NCBI GenBank assembly: GCA_002633005.1 | Contig: NMRA01001241.1 | Location: forward strand, 1 to 36,406 | From: Phoronis australis | Taxonomy: Eukaryota > Animalia > Phoronida | Reading direction: 5' to 3' | DNA: 36,406 nt | Part shown: positions 1 to 13,300 of the stretch, piece after piece | Layout of the letters: each line of letters begins with the position of its first letter | How positions within the stretch are numbered: the first letter of the stretch is position 1 | Translations under genes and position numbers: made by a program | The notes under the pieces: model-generated | What the model was told of the DNA's origin: nothing | Database searches by the model: none | The model's input: the letters and a program-made list of their open reading frames with translations, nothing else

Positions 1-2668
1 CGATCTTGAGATTAACCGAAACTCCAAGTTCATATTCGACACTCGAATCTTCGATTGACACTTCGTCCGGCATCCATATATTTCTTGGTGCACCACACAA
101 AATGAAAAAAAATTAAGCTAAAAAAATCTGTATTAAATTCAGTTAACTATAAAAAAATTCGATGCCATGGCAAAGGCTATTATTTGGGCTTAGGTTTCGA
201 ATAAAAGTGTTTGCGTAAAGATCCGTTTCATGAAGTTTTTAACCAAAATGAAGCGGAAATAGTGCCTTTAAGAACATGGTAGCCTCCAAACCTTTCTTTA
301 GAAATAAATAAACCTACCTAAAAATCCAAATTTCAAGGGGATTTATTTCTATTTATTTAACCTGCAATTATCAAATAAATGAGAGTGGAAGAAAAGAGAG
401 TTACATGAACAAGGTTTTATATATCCTCACATCTAATGTCAAGTGACTCACTGTACAAAGGTCACCGGGTTCAGTTTTCGCATACTACTTGTACATCCAG
501 AAATCAATTGTTTTAATTTGAAAAACCTTAGACTTGACTTTAATAACAATTTAAAGAATGTGTCTTGTTCAAATTTTCGTTCAGTTTGACTGTATTCATT
601 GCTCTTCATTTCCAAAATTGACAATCTTGCAAGTCTATTACCACTAAATGCAATGTTAAAGCACATTTTTTTTGGTCAGTCATCAACATTTCTTCTTTAT
701 CTGTATGTTCAAAAATTTACATAAAGCTACAAGGTGCATTATGGCAGTAAGATTGGTCACAGAAAAGCCACTAAAATTAGTTAGTAAAAGCGATCTGTGA
801 ATTACCCCCCTGTCTAGTCGTCAAATTTCGGTAAGTGCCAAATAAGTATATACAGTATACATTGGTTATTCAAGCTACCAAAATTAATTTTTACGTTGCT
901 GTAAACAAACACTTTTGGAGACGGCTAATATGACCAATTTTGGTCTAGTGCTCAAGCGGCGAAATTAGGGGTCTTTGAGTGAATAAATGTGGCATTTAGA
1001 TTGTTGCCAGAATACCTATCCATGTACAAAAAGTGAAGTTGTTGTGAATTTCGACGTATATTCTGATTTTTAAAAATCACTGGTTTTTACATGTACTGCC
1101 CCTTAACAATGCGTTGCTCAAGGTATACAGCTGCACGGCACTAGTGGTTGATAAATAAAAAGGCACTTACCACGGGTGGAAAATCCCATTGTGACTCATC
1201 CGAGAGTCACTAGTTTGCAAAGACTGTGTGAAACCAATCACCAACGGTCGATAATCAGCTAGTCTTAGAGAACGCATGGTATCAAAGGGTACACCGGTAT
1301 TGTTGCAGAATACCGCATAACACATCTGTGAGGCATTCGTTTAATTTTGCATTCGTTTTGTTTTCAGCATATCAGCCTATCGAATGCATGTACTTACTAA
1401 ACATCATTGGGTAGATTTTAAACTTCACTGTTGCATTTGGCCAAGTAGCGCGTGATGCACTTCGTTTAACTCGCCTTCTCCTATAAAGGAAAGTTTTGCA
1501 AACCTCGTTCACTTTCAATGACAAATTCCTCACTCAATCAACGAAGCATTTTCACTTAGCCGCACACAAATCATACAGAAAACAGCAAAACGGATTTCAC
1601 AATTTCTGTATTAATGACAAGATCATACAGAAATTTCCTACACCATACTATGTGTTTGGGGCAGAAAAATAGTCATAGCGGCCGACATCCACGTGCTAAT
1701 CCTCGTGTTGCCAAATAATGCCAGCTGGTGCTTTTGATCCGATAGGAATTGCCAAATCCTGCTCTTTTGACATGTGATCCAAGTATTGATAGTGTCAAGC
1801 AGCAGCAAGATCAGACGTCGTGCTCAATCGTAAACATCTGAAGCGACACCTGTAGATAATATTTACTTGCATTATGCAATTAAATATTAGAAAAAAAAAC
1901 TAGTTAGGCATACAGAATACAAATGGCTGGAGTGAGAAAAAGACATATATTTCAGAAAGAGCACTAAATTTTAGTGCTTTCTTCTGAAATACCTTCTCAG
2001 TCACAGTTCTTAAACGTTGGAATTTGAAAGTGATCTGAAATTAATATGGTCAATCACATCGTTCATTCACTTTTTCAGGGATTTCTGTGACATACATGAA
2101 CTATTTTCCATTTTCTGAAAGGTCAACCCAAGATCATGTTCTGAGGAACATTTTCTAATATTTACGTGATAAAAATATTTATTGGACTTACTAAAACAAG
2201 TGCCGAGTGTTCCAGCTATTGCGACACCTGTTGGGGTGTCGGATGGGAGCTTTAAACAAAATGCGGTTCTGAGTACATGTATGTGATAGGTTGAACTCAA
2301 TTTCAAGAACAGGGTTATACTTCTCATTACTGTGTAGAGCACATTCTAGACATGGACATTTTGGTTTGAAAAAACGTACCCTTTAAGAATCGAACATCTG
2401 TCCTTAAAGAAGCGAAATGACCTGGCATCATGCAGGTGTGGGTGAATTCTGTTCAACCTTTCCCATTCCACTGTGGCAGTTTGAAAGATAAGTCTTTAAA
2501 ATTACAAAAACAGCTATTTTACGAAGTGTCTATAGTCACCTCCATCCAACAGATTAGTTTTGGCTATCGGTCACATGGTTCTGCGTACGCATCATTTGAT
2601 TAGTCAAAATGACGTTTAGCCTTAATTGAGGCAATTATCGGTATTGGTTAAGAGTCCACGGTACTCAC

Positions 2669-2798
2669 CTTGATCCGAACGTTTCATATCCTTGCATTGC
2701 CGCGTATTGCTCTAATGTGAGCAAGATGTCGTACTCCACCAACACCTCGGTCGATGTCTCGGCGTTACCTAGCGACCAACCATTTTTAAGTTTCTGAG
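2669..2798 (-). CDS. Astacin-like gene, exon 4, propeptide motif (AQKLKNGWSLGNAETSTEVLVEYDILLTLEQYAAMQGYETFGS)
   Basis: tttattacag acceptor and AAG|gtgagt donor. 130 nt open, phase 1 to 2. VEYDILLTLEQ resembles the astacin propeptide Asp-switch motif FEGDI-x-L-T-x-x-Q. Confidence 0.75.
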
Positions 2799-3959
2799 CT
2801 GTAATAAACACGAGTGATTTCAAAGGAAAGCGCCAAGTATCCGTTCAGGAAATTTACAAATAATAATTACCCTTTGAGCTTTGTTAATTTCTTGAATTTT
2901 ATTTTTATCTGACCTTTTAAATCATCCAAATGCAAAGAGGAAGTAGCTACTGAAACATTGCAAAAATCAATTTACTTTTCCCACATAGTGATAAATATAC
3001 TCTAAGCAAAAGTACCATCCTCTTTTCCAGACCTCAACAAAAGTAAGAACGAAAAAGCAGCTACATGCTGCTTCCCTGCATCACTTTTGCATCTAGCGTT
3101 AGCTTCAACAGCCGTTTACCCTCTAAAAAATCACGTGACTCCCGATCAAAGGCTTTCTGATGCTGATGGATTTTTTAATTTCAGTATGTCTACCACAAGG
3201 CTTCAGAGTATCTTTGACACTCAAGACTGATGATGCAAAGGTTTGTCCCTCGTTCAGTAGACACTACAGTGTGCACCGCGGTTACCAAAGATTCCTTTAT
3301 ATGTAAAGTTTTATGCTGTCCACCATCAGCCGCAACTGGTTCACAAGACTCAAAAATCAAGGTATTCTGTGCCCAAGGTTTACCTAGTCATCTAGCCGGA
3401 AACGAGGGTGTATGAAATCGAACTCGAATATGTCATAATCAAGGCGCTTCTGACCATGTGCCCAAAAGTAGTTGTTGTGTTAGTCAGATATGATGCTCTA
3501 GATCAACTAAACCAATCAGCCCAGAACAGATAATTCTTCCAATAGTGTTTTCGGCACCTCACAGCGTTGGATAAAATCGCTGCTGCCAAGACAGAAAATC
3601 TATTTCTCCAACCCGTTGCTAAGCACTTTTGTTTAAGTAACACCTAGCCTTTTTGTTTCCACGTGAAACAAATTGCACGAGTCTTTTGAATGAAGCCACG
3701 AAATGATCAGCATCGGAAGATGAAAGCAGATCATGACTACGTCCTACACAACTACTAACTGAAATATCTCACAAGACGCTAAGCAACACAAAATGTTGTC
3801 GTAAAAAGCATAATACAACAGCGAAAATTTGACGACGCCTCACTTTCATTAGCGCATTCAAACTATTATCAGATAAAGCCCTACTATCACAAAAGGCCAT
3901 GGGGAAAGAAAACGAGGCCGACTTTCAGTGGCCCTTACTCAAACTATACTGTCTCTTAC

Positions 3960-4076
3960 CTGTACCTTGAACGATAGCTGGTACCTCATCAAAGTTTTGT
4001 TCGCCGATTCCATCACACAGGACTGACGCACTACTGACTAGGTTTACGTCCAATGTCGCTCTTAGAAGGCAATTAT
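3960..4076 (-). CDS. Astacin-like gene, exon 3 (DNCLLRATLDVNLVSSASVLCDGIGEQNFDEVPAIVQGT)
   Basis: ggcag acceptor with a weak pyrimidine tract and CAG|gtaaga donor. 117 nt open, phase 1-1. Confidence 0.6.
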
Positions 4077-4296
4077 CTGCCATTTCAATGTAACCCTTAA
4101 AATTATTGCACTCTGCACATATTTCTGCATAGCGAATAAAAGGACATACGTGTCAGATGCGCTAGTATACAATATACATGTTCATGTGAGGAGCGAAACA
4201 TATTCTGGCTCAAAACACAATATGTTTCGATCTTTACGAAACATAGCGTTGGACAGCACAAATTTCAGTTGTCCGATTCATACGTCAGTGTCTTAC

Positions 4297-4423
4297 CTGC
4301 CGCCTGTAAGAGCGTGTGTTTCAGTTGTTCATCTATTGAAGAAGCACTCACTTTTTCGTCGTCCTCTAAAATTGCTTCAAGTTCTGCAGTCTTGTTAAAC
4401 CATAAACTGGCCACACGGATTTC
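4297..4423 (-). CDS. Astacin-like gene, exon 2 (EIRVASLWFNKTAELEAILEDDEKVSASSIDEQLKHTLLQAA)
   Basis: ttctag acceptor and CAG|gtaaga donor. 127 nt open, phase 0 to 1, frame-compatible with both neighbouring exons. Confidence 0.7.
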
Positions 4424-5192
4424 CTAGAACGTTAGTTTATTAAATTTCGAAAGCACTCAGTCAGTCTATCTTCACAGACCGTTCTCTGCAGCTATTGCCG
4501 AGCTTGATGAAACATATTATTTCCAAGTTGTCAAATGTTGTCTTTGACATAACAAGCTTCCACTGTTTGCCACAAGTTTAAGACCACACCCTTTCATGGA
4601 ATGTTGTGAGAATTGTTTAAAATAGCCACGCCACATTGAAATTGGTGTTCCTTGATGGACAGGTGTTCAGCGCCACCTATTCAACGCTAGCTGTGTGGAC
4701 GGGATGTCTTAACATTATGGTCTAAACGGTTATTCTGCTATTATCATGGCGGGGTGATATGCTGTGATATATACCGATAATTTAAGGAAAACGGCAAACA
4801 TATTGAATATCCAAAGAAAAAGAACACCGAGTCACAATACACTTCCCAATGCGTTAAAAAAATTGCGGTTGCATAATGGATGGAAGTCAAAAAGCTAACA
4901 AAAACTATTGAACTTAAGGTAATCTATCAGAGGGACCGACCATTGGATTTATTCTAGTGTTTTTAAATTAATGACCCACTGCATGTAACAGTGGATTTCT
5001 GTCCACCAAATCTTAGTCAGGATCAAGCGGAAGCCTCTTTCTCCCTCATTGCTCAGGAGAAAAGTCGCCTTTTACACCAGGTTCTTAATGTACACTTCAG
5101 GTGGCCTTCTATTAGAGACAACTGGGTTGGGAAAGCTGCAGACGGATTCATGAACAGTTTGCTTAAAACATTAAGTAAAACAGTGAACTTAC

Positions 5193-5246
5193 CGAAATCA
5201 TAAAGATAGTGAACCAAGTGTAAAATCTCTTGTTAATACTTTCCAT
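5193..5246 (-). CDS. Astacin-like prepro-protein gene, coding exon 1 (signal-peptide-like, MESINKRFYTWFTIFMIS)
   Basis: ATG at 5246 and 18 open codons with a basic then hydrophobic stretch. Ends at a consensus GTAAGT donor in phase 0, which joins in frame to the exon at 4423. Confidence 0.65.
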
Positions 5247-5919
5247 GTCAAATTGCGCTGCTTGACGAAAGTCCCGATGTTTGACTTGCACGAATCTGCT
5301 ACACAAACCTCCTTAAAAAACTTCTGCTCAAAACCAGACAGATATCTTCAGGGACAGCAAAGTTGACCTTTTTATGAGATTGTGGAATGGGGAATTGTTA
5401 CTCCTCTAAATGTCGTCCATGTAATCGCATACGCGGAGGTCAAATATCATAATGCTATGTAGCATCTTATCAAACCGTCTTTGCATTTAGCTACATGTAA
5501 ATATCTACAAAACTGTAGAAATTAAAATCAATGGAAGTGCGTCTTTTCTTTGGTTTTCCTCACCAAGTTTTTTTAAATAAAACTGAGCAAAAAGGAAAGT
5601 TAAAATAATAGCCAATCAACCATACCAATAATGGGGACAGGGTGTGTTTCCTATAAATCTTGAGGATAAAGTTCCACAAGCGATTTTGCAGTTGGTACGT
5701 TAATGAGTTTCCACCATGCTTTGTCTTAGTTTCAGATGTTTCCGTTAGCTAATATGAAATGAATACCTTAAAATCTACGCCATTGCACTGTTATTCGTAC
5801 GACTGTGTTCGGTGTGAGCCCTTCCGCTTCCGCCTCCCTGTATTGTCGGCTATGAATTAAACTCGTTAAACTAACAACTCATTGTCTAGTTTATCTGGCA
5901 CGAAACAAATAATAACTTT

Positions 5920-6930
5920 GATGCCAAATAGTCACGATTTCTTTAATTTTGAAATAATAGTTATTTCCAAGTTCACCGCCAAATGATGCATTACGCGGAA
6001 GATGTTTGTTCACTTGACCAACAGTTACAATAGCAGAACACAGCAGACAAGGACGATTTTGAGAGAGAACTGGTCAATTATTATGTACGTGTAGACAGAG
6101 GAGAGTAGATACAGTACTGTGCGGGCATCACACTCAAGTACTTGATGAATCAGGCAATTAATTCTCACTTATCGATCTTTCGTCTGCTTTGAGGCCGTAT
6201 GAACTTGACTTATTTGCATCAGAAATCCTACAGAAATGTGTGAAACACATCCAACTGAACCAAGGGAAGGTCATTATGCACAAAATAGACACTGCATAAT
6301 CACTGACAAAGGCCACTGTAAACCCGAGTCACTCGTAATGACTTGCCATGATAGAATAAGCACGTTCTAAACACAAAGCATAAACCTACGTGTCGTAGCA
6401 CTCGATCTGGGCCGGGGTCGAGGGCATGGCTTCTCTAATGGGAGCAGTTTATTCGTTATTTGCAAAAATGCAAATACAATTAGAAGGTGGCGAGTCTTTC
6501 ATCGTAACGCCGCTTTTGTGTTTGGCCGAAACACGATTCAATGAAATGTGCCGAACAAACTTCACGATTGAGCGCATGTTACTCACTGACAATCTACACT
6601 CTCGTGCGACGTACAAACTGGTGCCTCTACTGGGCAATTTTCACACATTTAGGAGATTTTAACACAGGGACGTTCGAAGTCAAGTTTGCTGTTACTACAT
6701 CCTTTACAAACGCACCTTCTTCTCGTACTTTTCTCACAGCTCCTCAGTATCGCACTGGTATAAAACAAGAACATATTACGTAACTGTACAACCCGACTAA
6801 CAATGCATAAACATCCATTTTGAGACACAAGATCGTGGTGAGAACTCTTTAAACCAATTAGCCGTTCCTGAAATATGATGTTCCAAAGTTCGCCAAATTT
6901 GACCACTTTTCTAGGATCTCGCATAACCTT
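5920..6930. repeat. Dispersed ~1 kb repeat, diverged copy of ~28080-29048 (probable non-autonomous DNA transposon)
   Basis: Colinear shared blocks such as ccgccaaatga, cgggcatcacactcaagtacttg, tcatcgtaacgccgcttttgtgtttgg and ttgagacaca. Boundaries are approximate. Confidence 0.75.
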
Positions 6931-6959
6931 GAGGTCAGGTATGTGTTCACGAAATTATA

Positions 6960-7345
6960 TAGGCAAAATTCCCATTTTGTCCGCTATGTCGATGATATCT
7001 TTTTGTATATTGTTCGCGAGATGATCTGTTGTCCCTTCAAACCGTGCTTGAATACAATTCTGTATTAAGGTTCACGTATGAATTGCCTGTCTGGAAAGTT
7101 GCCTATTCTCGATGTCCTTGTATACTATTCTGACGATGGGTTTGGTACTTCAATTAATCATAAACCAACATCTGCTTAAAGTGATTTCCCTGAACGCTAC
7201 GAACTAGCAGTTTTGACGAGTTACCTCAGGAGGGCACACCAGATATCATCTGATTGGCAGGCATTTCAACGTTGATGTTCACCGCATCAAACAAATTCTA
7301 GTTATCATTATGGATATACTAATTATTTTTTTGATAATCACTTTT
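6960..7345 (+). mobile_element. Decayed Penelope-like retroelement reverse transcriptase fragment
   Basis: Ordered motifs RYVDDIF (6982), GKLPILDVLV (7093), FGTSINHKPT (7141; consensus FxTxVYRKPT), LRRAHQISSDW and HYGY. Interrupted by stops, frameshifts and deletions. Confidence 0.8.
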
Positions 7346-10300
7346 TAGGTTTTCATATCTATTATTTCTGACACGTTGACACTGGTACCATTAAGAACGT
7401 GTATTATATGAACTGCATGTTTAGTTATTATCTCAGTGACGAACATGTGCGTAAGAAGAAAGTAAGGCATAACTTTAAGTTGATCGAACCTGGAGACAGA
7501 TTGAATGTAGTTATTTATTATCAGAGTATGTGTCATGTTATTTACCATTGTGACTGACGCGGAATGTCTTCGTCGGCATTCTCGTGTGCAGCGTAACGTT
7601 CGACAAACGGTGTGTTCTCTGTCGCGACGATTGTCCATGCAGTTGCGGGGGGTGCATTCATGATCATTTTGTACAACATGACCGAAGCATAACTAAGTAA
7701 GAAATAGTAGACAATACCATGATTCGCTATCTTGAAAATGACACATTTCTGGTAAAGATTTGGAAGCGCTATTGATTAGTCAAGAAAACCCCGTGTTAAA
7801 TGAACACCTCTCATGTGTCTCCTGCACTCTGGCTCTGTTTGATATGGTTGTGAGCTTTCTATTGTGTGTTGCATTCGCACTCTGCGCTTGAATGCCTCTG
7901 TTGCTGCTGTCTCGTGTATTTCGCTGCTTTACGTCTTACATGTGTATGTTCATTCCATGAATTACCTGATGACTGAGCCATGACTCTCGAAATATAGACA
8001 GTGCTTTAATTTGTTGGTTTTTATGTCTTTCGATGTTTTTGTATTTATCTGCACACCTGAAGAAAGGACTCTACGAGCAAAACTGTATCAAACTTTCAAA
8101 CAAACAGTTTAGTCGTGTTTTCAACGAATAAAGCACTTACATGAACATTCAGTTGAGGTAAAAAATTCATTGTGAATTAAAATACTGTCAATTTATTACT
8201 TTTGGTGTTAACTTTAACAATGATTTCTCCTTCACCGATTGCAATGCATGGAAAATTAGATCTTCCACGAAATGTGTGAAACGTTCATCACAAGCAGGAA
8301 GGTAGGTGTAAGTAGCGTGAACATATATACCGAGAATCTAGATTCATCAATAAGCTAAATAACTGCATCATACTTTTTAATTTTCTGGTGCCCGATTCAT
8401 GAAACTTCGGTAATTTAAATGAGATCGAAATGGGGCTAACCTGAGACTAAAATGCGTTAGCACGGTTTCGTGAAACTTCTTTGAGAACCGAAATCAAGAC
8501 CGAAAGTTCACCTGGTACAAATTTAGCTTAACATTGATATGAATGGCCAAAATGTATGACTAATATGACTGTAAGCTGTTGATGTACAATTCCCACAATA
8601 TAGTGTCCCTTGACATTCGCAAATTGAAGATCGTCAGTGCATTTGATTTGAGAACCGGCAAAGCCGTAGGGATACACAATGCCGTGCGACTACCGTATAT
8701 GCGAAATGATATTATTCAACCGTACGAGGGTTCTCTCAAGCATACGAGATCCCATTTGTATCCAAACGTAAATAAACACACATTAAGAGTTTCAAGGCCA
8801 AGATTATTCTTGAATCACATTTTATTTCTTTCTCCTCGCTTAGTTTCTTGAATTCGCAACAGGTGACCAAAGCGTAGATGTTCATTTTAAGTTCGCCTCA
8901 TGGGCGGAGCACGATAGGGGGCTGGAGGGTGGGGCTATAGCTGCTGCCGCCCACTCGGCTAATATATATTTTTTTCTAATTAAACACCGATGACCTAATT
9001 CGACTTCGTGTTCGTGAAACGATTATTTGTTTCTGACCCTTTGTCTTTGGTCATAACTTAGACCGATTTTAGCATTTTTTGGTCTTGATTGGTTAGTCAA
9101 TTTTCATCAGATGTTGGATTGAAAAATGCAACTCAGTCACAGTCTTAAAATGGTTTGTAAAATATGCGTATTCGATTTAAGGGGAGTGGATTTATTTTAT
9201 CTGATTGTTCACCTTCCAAATAATGACATATGCAATTTTGTATTTTAAGGATATCTCCAAACTTTTTTTAAAAATGGCATTTTTACAATATTTAACACAT
9301 GTCTAGCAAATTACATTACATCCATTCTCTGGTAACATCAGACCCATATACGAAATATGTACTGTTTAGCAAGAAAAAACAATGTTCAACTGCAGGGAAA
9401 CTTGTTTGCCATTTTTCAAGGCCAAAGGTCACAGAGCTGTCACTCAGTAATCTCCGCCATGCAAAGAGCAGTTCCAAGTGTACTCTGTGTGCTTTCATTT
9501 ACTGAGTCAACAAATTGTAAGTAGCATGGACAAAATCCCCAGAAAACGATGACAAAAACAAGATTTGATCCTGAGTTTGTTGTACTCCCCTTGCCTACGT
9601 TTGATTAAAGAGAATGCACCAAGTCCGAGTCGCCGTATCGCCTTTTTGTATTTGTATTCACGAGCACAGCAAGTTGTGAAAATATAATTTTATCCTCACA
9701 CAAATTAATTTTATTGATAATTTGACGTTTTTCTGAGTCGATTTTCTGCTCATGGCGCGCTTCAACAGCCGATTTGATTTCTATTGCTCACGCCGCACTT
9801 GGTTTCGTGATATCAGTTTGTGTGCCCTAATGAGCTGTTGACTTACTGTACCTGTAGTTACCGCTGACTCCACTTTTCATCTAGTTCAACTCGAGGCACC
9901 TTAACCCAGCGTGAAAAATTAAAACGTTTTAGTTAAGTTAACTACGCACTGCGATTTCATTTGACATTGTAGGCGAATGTTGAAATAACGAACGTGGTTG
10001 AGGCATGTTTAGATTACACTAACCAAATAACTAAGCGAAAACCGTCAGAATTTGAAGATTAAAGGCGTTTTCCGGCTTCCTCTAAGCTTCGGGAAATCGA
10101 CTTTCAGGGGGCACAGAACTAAGAAAATAGCAAAAATACCTTTTAAACAGATTGTGACAAAACTCCTCCTTGGGGGTGCTAACATGAACGTTATTCACTT
10201 TACATATAGCAACAAGTTCAAGAAAAAATCGTCATATTCACAAATTTTGAAACATGCGAAACATGTCAATAAGTTTTCAAATTCGACGCCCTTAGTAATA

Positions 10301-13300
10301 CTTTCGCTCAAAGAAAACGGAGTGGCTGCTCTTTGAAATCGATATTGTTTTGTTAACATCAATAATCGCCTTTTCCATATTAGTGAAATGCACTACGTCT
10401 ATTTTCGTTATACTGAACGTAGAAATAAACGAAAGTCAGAAGAACATTTCAAACGCGAGTCTTCATTCCAATACTGGAAACCGGGCGAACCATGTCGTTT
10501 TAACAAATAGATATAACGCTATGTCTTCCATGCCCAATAAGGAAACGTGCTTTTCCTTGCCGGAAAAAGCGGACGAATTGACGAGTAGTTGACAGGTCGT
10601 TATTTTCTGAAATTTGAAACTAAGCAAAACATGCTTTTCAGGGATTCGGCAAATCCACTTAATTTTAGATTATGAACATGAATTTTCGAAAGTGTCTCGG
10701 TGAATTTCCCTGTAATTTTCCAACTTTAATATTTATTCATCAATCTCAGAAAAAAAACTGTTACAGTTTTTCCTTTTAAACGCTCACTATTTGCGTTCTG
10801 TACGAAAGTCGGATAGAACTGATATTTTTGCAAAAATACCTTAAGTTTATTTGGCACAGTAACAAAACAGCGATTTCGAGCAAAACTGTTAATCTTTCAA
10901 TTTATATTAAAAAGGGTTTCGTTAAAATCGAGCATGGAGGTACATGTAATTTGCTATGAATGTACATACCATTCTTGAAATAAAATTCGGACTCAAAGAA
11001 GGTGACAACGTGCTGTAGTAACCTGTACATGTAGCTCTGCAATTAGGTTCATGCGCTCACATGCAAATTGCTGTTGTTTTCGGATGATTCTTTATTCAAA
11101 TGCCGTGCAGTTAGGCACATCCGTCTAAGTTGCGCAATTAGGGGATGTCAGTGCTCCAGTTATAGGGCATGATTTTAAAAATTTACTAAATGGATCTTAA
11201 TTCTCAAAGCGTGTTGAGATGGTAACACTCTGGGTGGATTTCCAAAATGTCCGGAATATTGCAACGAGAGAGTTTAGTTATGAAAACCGCAGGAAGCGTT
11301 CTTTCGAAAGGTACATTTTTAACGTTAGTAAATGTAAGCCATAAGCAACATACAACGTTTATAAAAACAACTGCGCACGGTGCAGCAGAGACGTGCAGGC
11401 CGTTCAGGTGAGTCCAAAATCACAACATACACGTAAACTATACCAACAATTTCCACCTATAAAGCCAAAATATAGTGCTCATTCTGTATGTAAGTTGATG
11501 TGCAAGCACATAAATGTCTATGAACAGTAGACATGTTGGTACTGACAGAGTCAAAGCTATTAGCAATAAACGAGCCACTTTGCACTGAGTATTATTAAAC
11601 ATAGGGTGGCCGGTATGAGTCTAATTAAAATATATGCATAGCTTAGAATATAGGCGCATGAACCTAGTCACGTACATATAAGGTAGAAATGAGGATTTGT
11701 TTTTATTGGTCAATGAATTTCGTAAGAAATGGTGACACGCCTTTTTGTGACACTAGTTAGACATCCTGAGCCATTAGCAATCACACATACATGTACTGAT
11801 GTCGGATATACGTGTAGCAAGCTTTAACTCGTCGCCTATCAAAAGATTCATCAAGGTGAGAAAGATAAATAATCATGTGTGAGTCTAACTGTGGGCTTTT
11901 GCTCTATCGGTCATTTAGGCCATCCGTTCTTGGAGCTACCGACCCTAGGCATGTTGCCCTTTCGGATTATCAAACCGACCTTCAACTAAATTTTGCCTTT
12001 TGTGAGATCTAAATCCTATGGAACGGTCCGGAAAATGCTTTGAGCCTGCACACTTCATACAAGTTTAGCTCATTCTATAACACGTCGCCTACCCCCCACT
12101 TATGAGGTGCTACCTAAAGCGTTTGGAAACATCCGAAATTGGATAATCGCGGAAATAGTTTCAAAACGCAAAGCTCTACGGCTTTGTATTCAACATGTAC
12201 AAGCAGGTACACCTGTACGCAGCGACGAATTCCTCTCTTAAACAGCGTCAGAAGTGATATGGAAACAATAAGTATGGTTGTAGTTTTTCACAAGAAAACC
12301 GAATCCAGTCAAAATTACCGCTTTGTTTAAGAGTACCATCAGGAGCAATGTGGCTATTATTGCTTAACCCAATCAACTGTTCACACACCTTCTATAAAAG
12401 TTTTAGTCTACGGCAAAAACTTAATAGCGGTGCTGATGGTCGTTTTTCAAATGCATTGCGAGACGGGTGTTGACTCGAAAACGTTAAATTTACTGGAAAC
12501 AGGGAGAGGAGCATCAAAATGAGTTGGCTTCCGTAAGCGCACGGTTTTATTAAAAATACGTATTTACTAGCTTTTTGTGTAATGCATGACGATTTCTTGT
12601 GAAATTTTGCTTTTTCGCAAGTTACTCGGGGCTATTTTGCATAGGCTTTGCGATATACATGTACATGTAGGCGTAGAGTTTTAGCTTAAGCAGTGCAGGG
12701 TACAGTGGCGCTACTTATTGGAATTTCAGTTCCATATAAAAATCCCAGTAGATCGTGGATAAGTCACATTAAACTCCTGTGTCAACACCTGGGTGTATTA
12801 CATTAGAGGCATAAATGACGTGTCATAATTTGGTTAAAAATCTGGCATGACATTTCCAGATAACTGCGAGCTGTTCGGGACATTTGATTATCACTTAAAT
12901 AAAGTTCAAATAAATGCCACGAAATGGAGCTCGTATACGACAAAAACTTTTTTAAGAAATCGTAAAGATTTCATTGGGATAGGATATGGCTTTACCCTTG
13001 GGTATGTGACTGGAAAGAAGAGATATTTGATAGCGCATTGCGGAAGGGTGCATACGTGAAATTTCTCACGTAAAATTAAACACTCAACAGGCATGGAACG
13101 CAAAAGCTCGTCAAAATATATTTTAAACAAATCCTGACCAAAGACGGGACCATCTTGCAACTTCCAGTAGAGAGTAATTAGATTTCCGCTGTGAGAAAAT
13201 TGTCACAGTAAATGAAAAATTTCCCGATTTTTGAAATACGTGAAAAGGAAAACTATGTGGTCATCACAAAGTTTCTAATCGCCCTCCCTCCTACGATAAA

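Noticed and set aside
1171-1264. Possible exon 5 of the astacin-like gene (RLADYRPLVIGFTQSLQTSDSRMSHNGIFHP), phase-compatible with a GTAAGT donor
   Set aside because: It has no recognisable astacin maturation site or catalytic motif and only an AAG acceptor. It cannot be supported without transcripts.
1640-2480. Exon-like segments with acceptors at about 1850 and 2471 on the minus strand
   Set aside because: Both hit stop codons within 20 codons in the frame required by exon 4.
250-10850. Several TTAAGG / CCTTAA Kolobok-like termini (about 265, 1100, 4914, 5766, 9177, 9898, 10059, 10839)
   Set aside because: They could not be paired into convincing TIRs, and such short motifs are expected by chance in AT-rich DNA.
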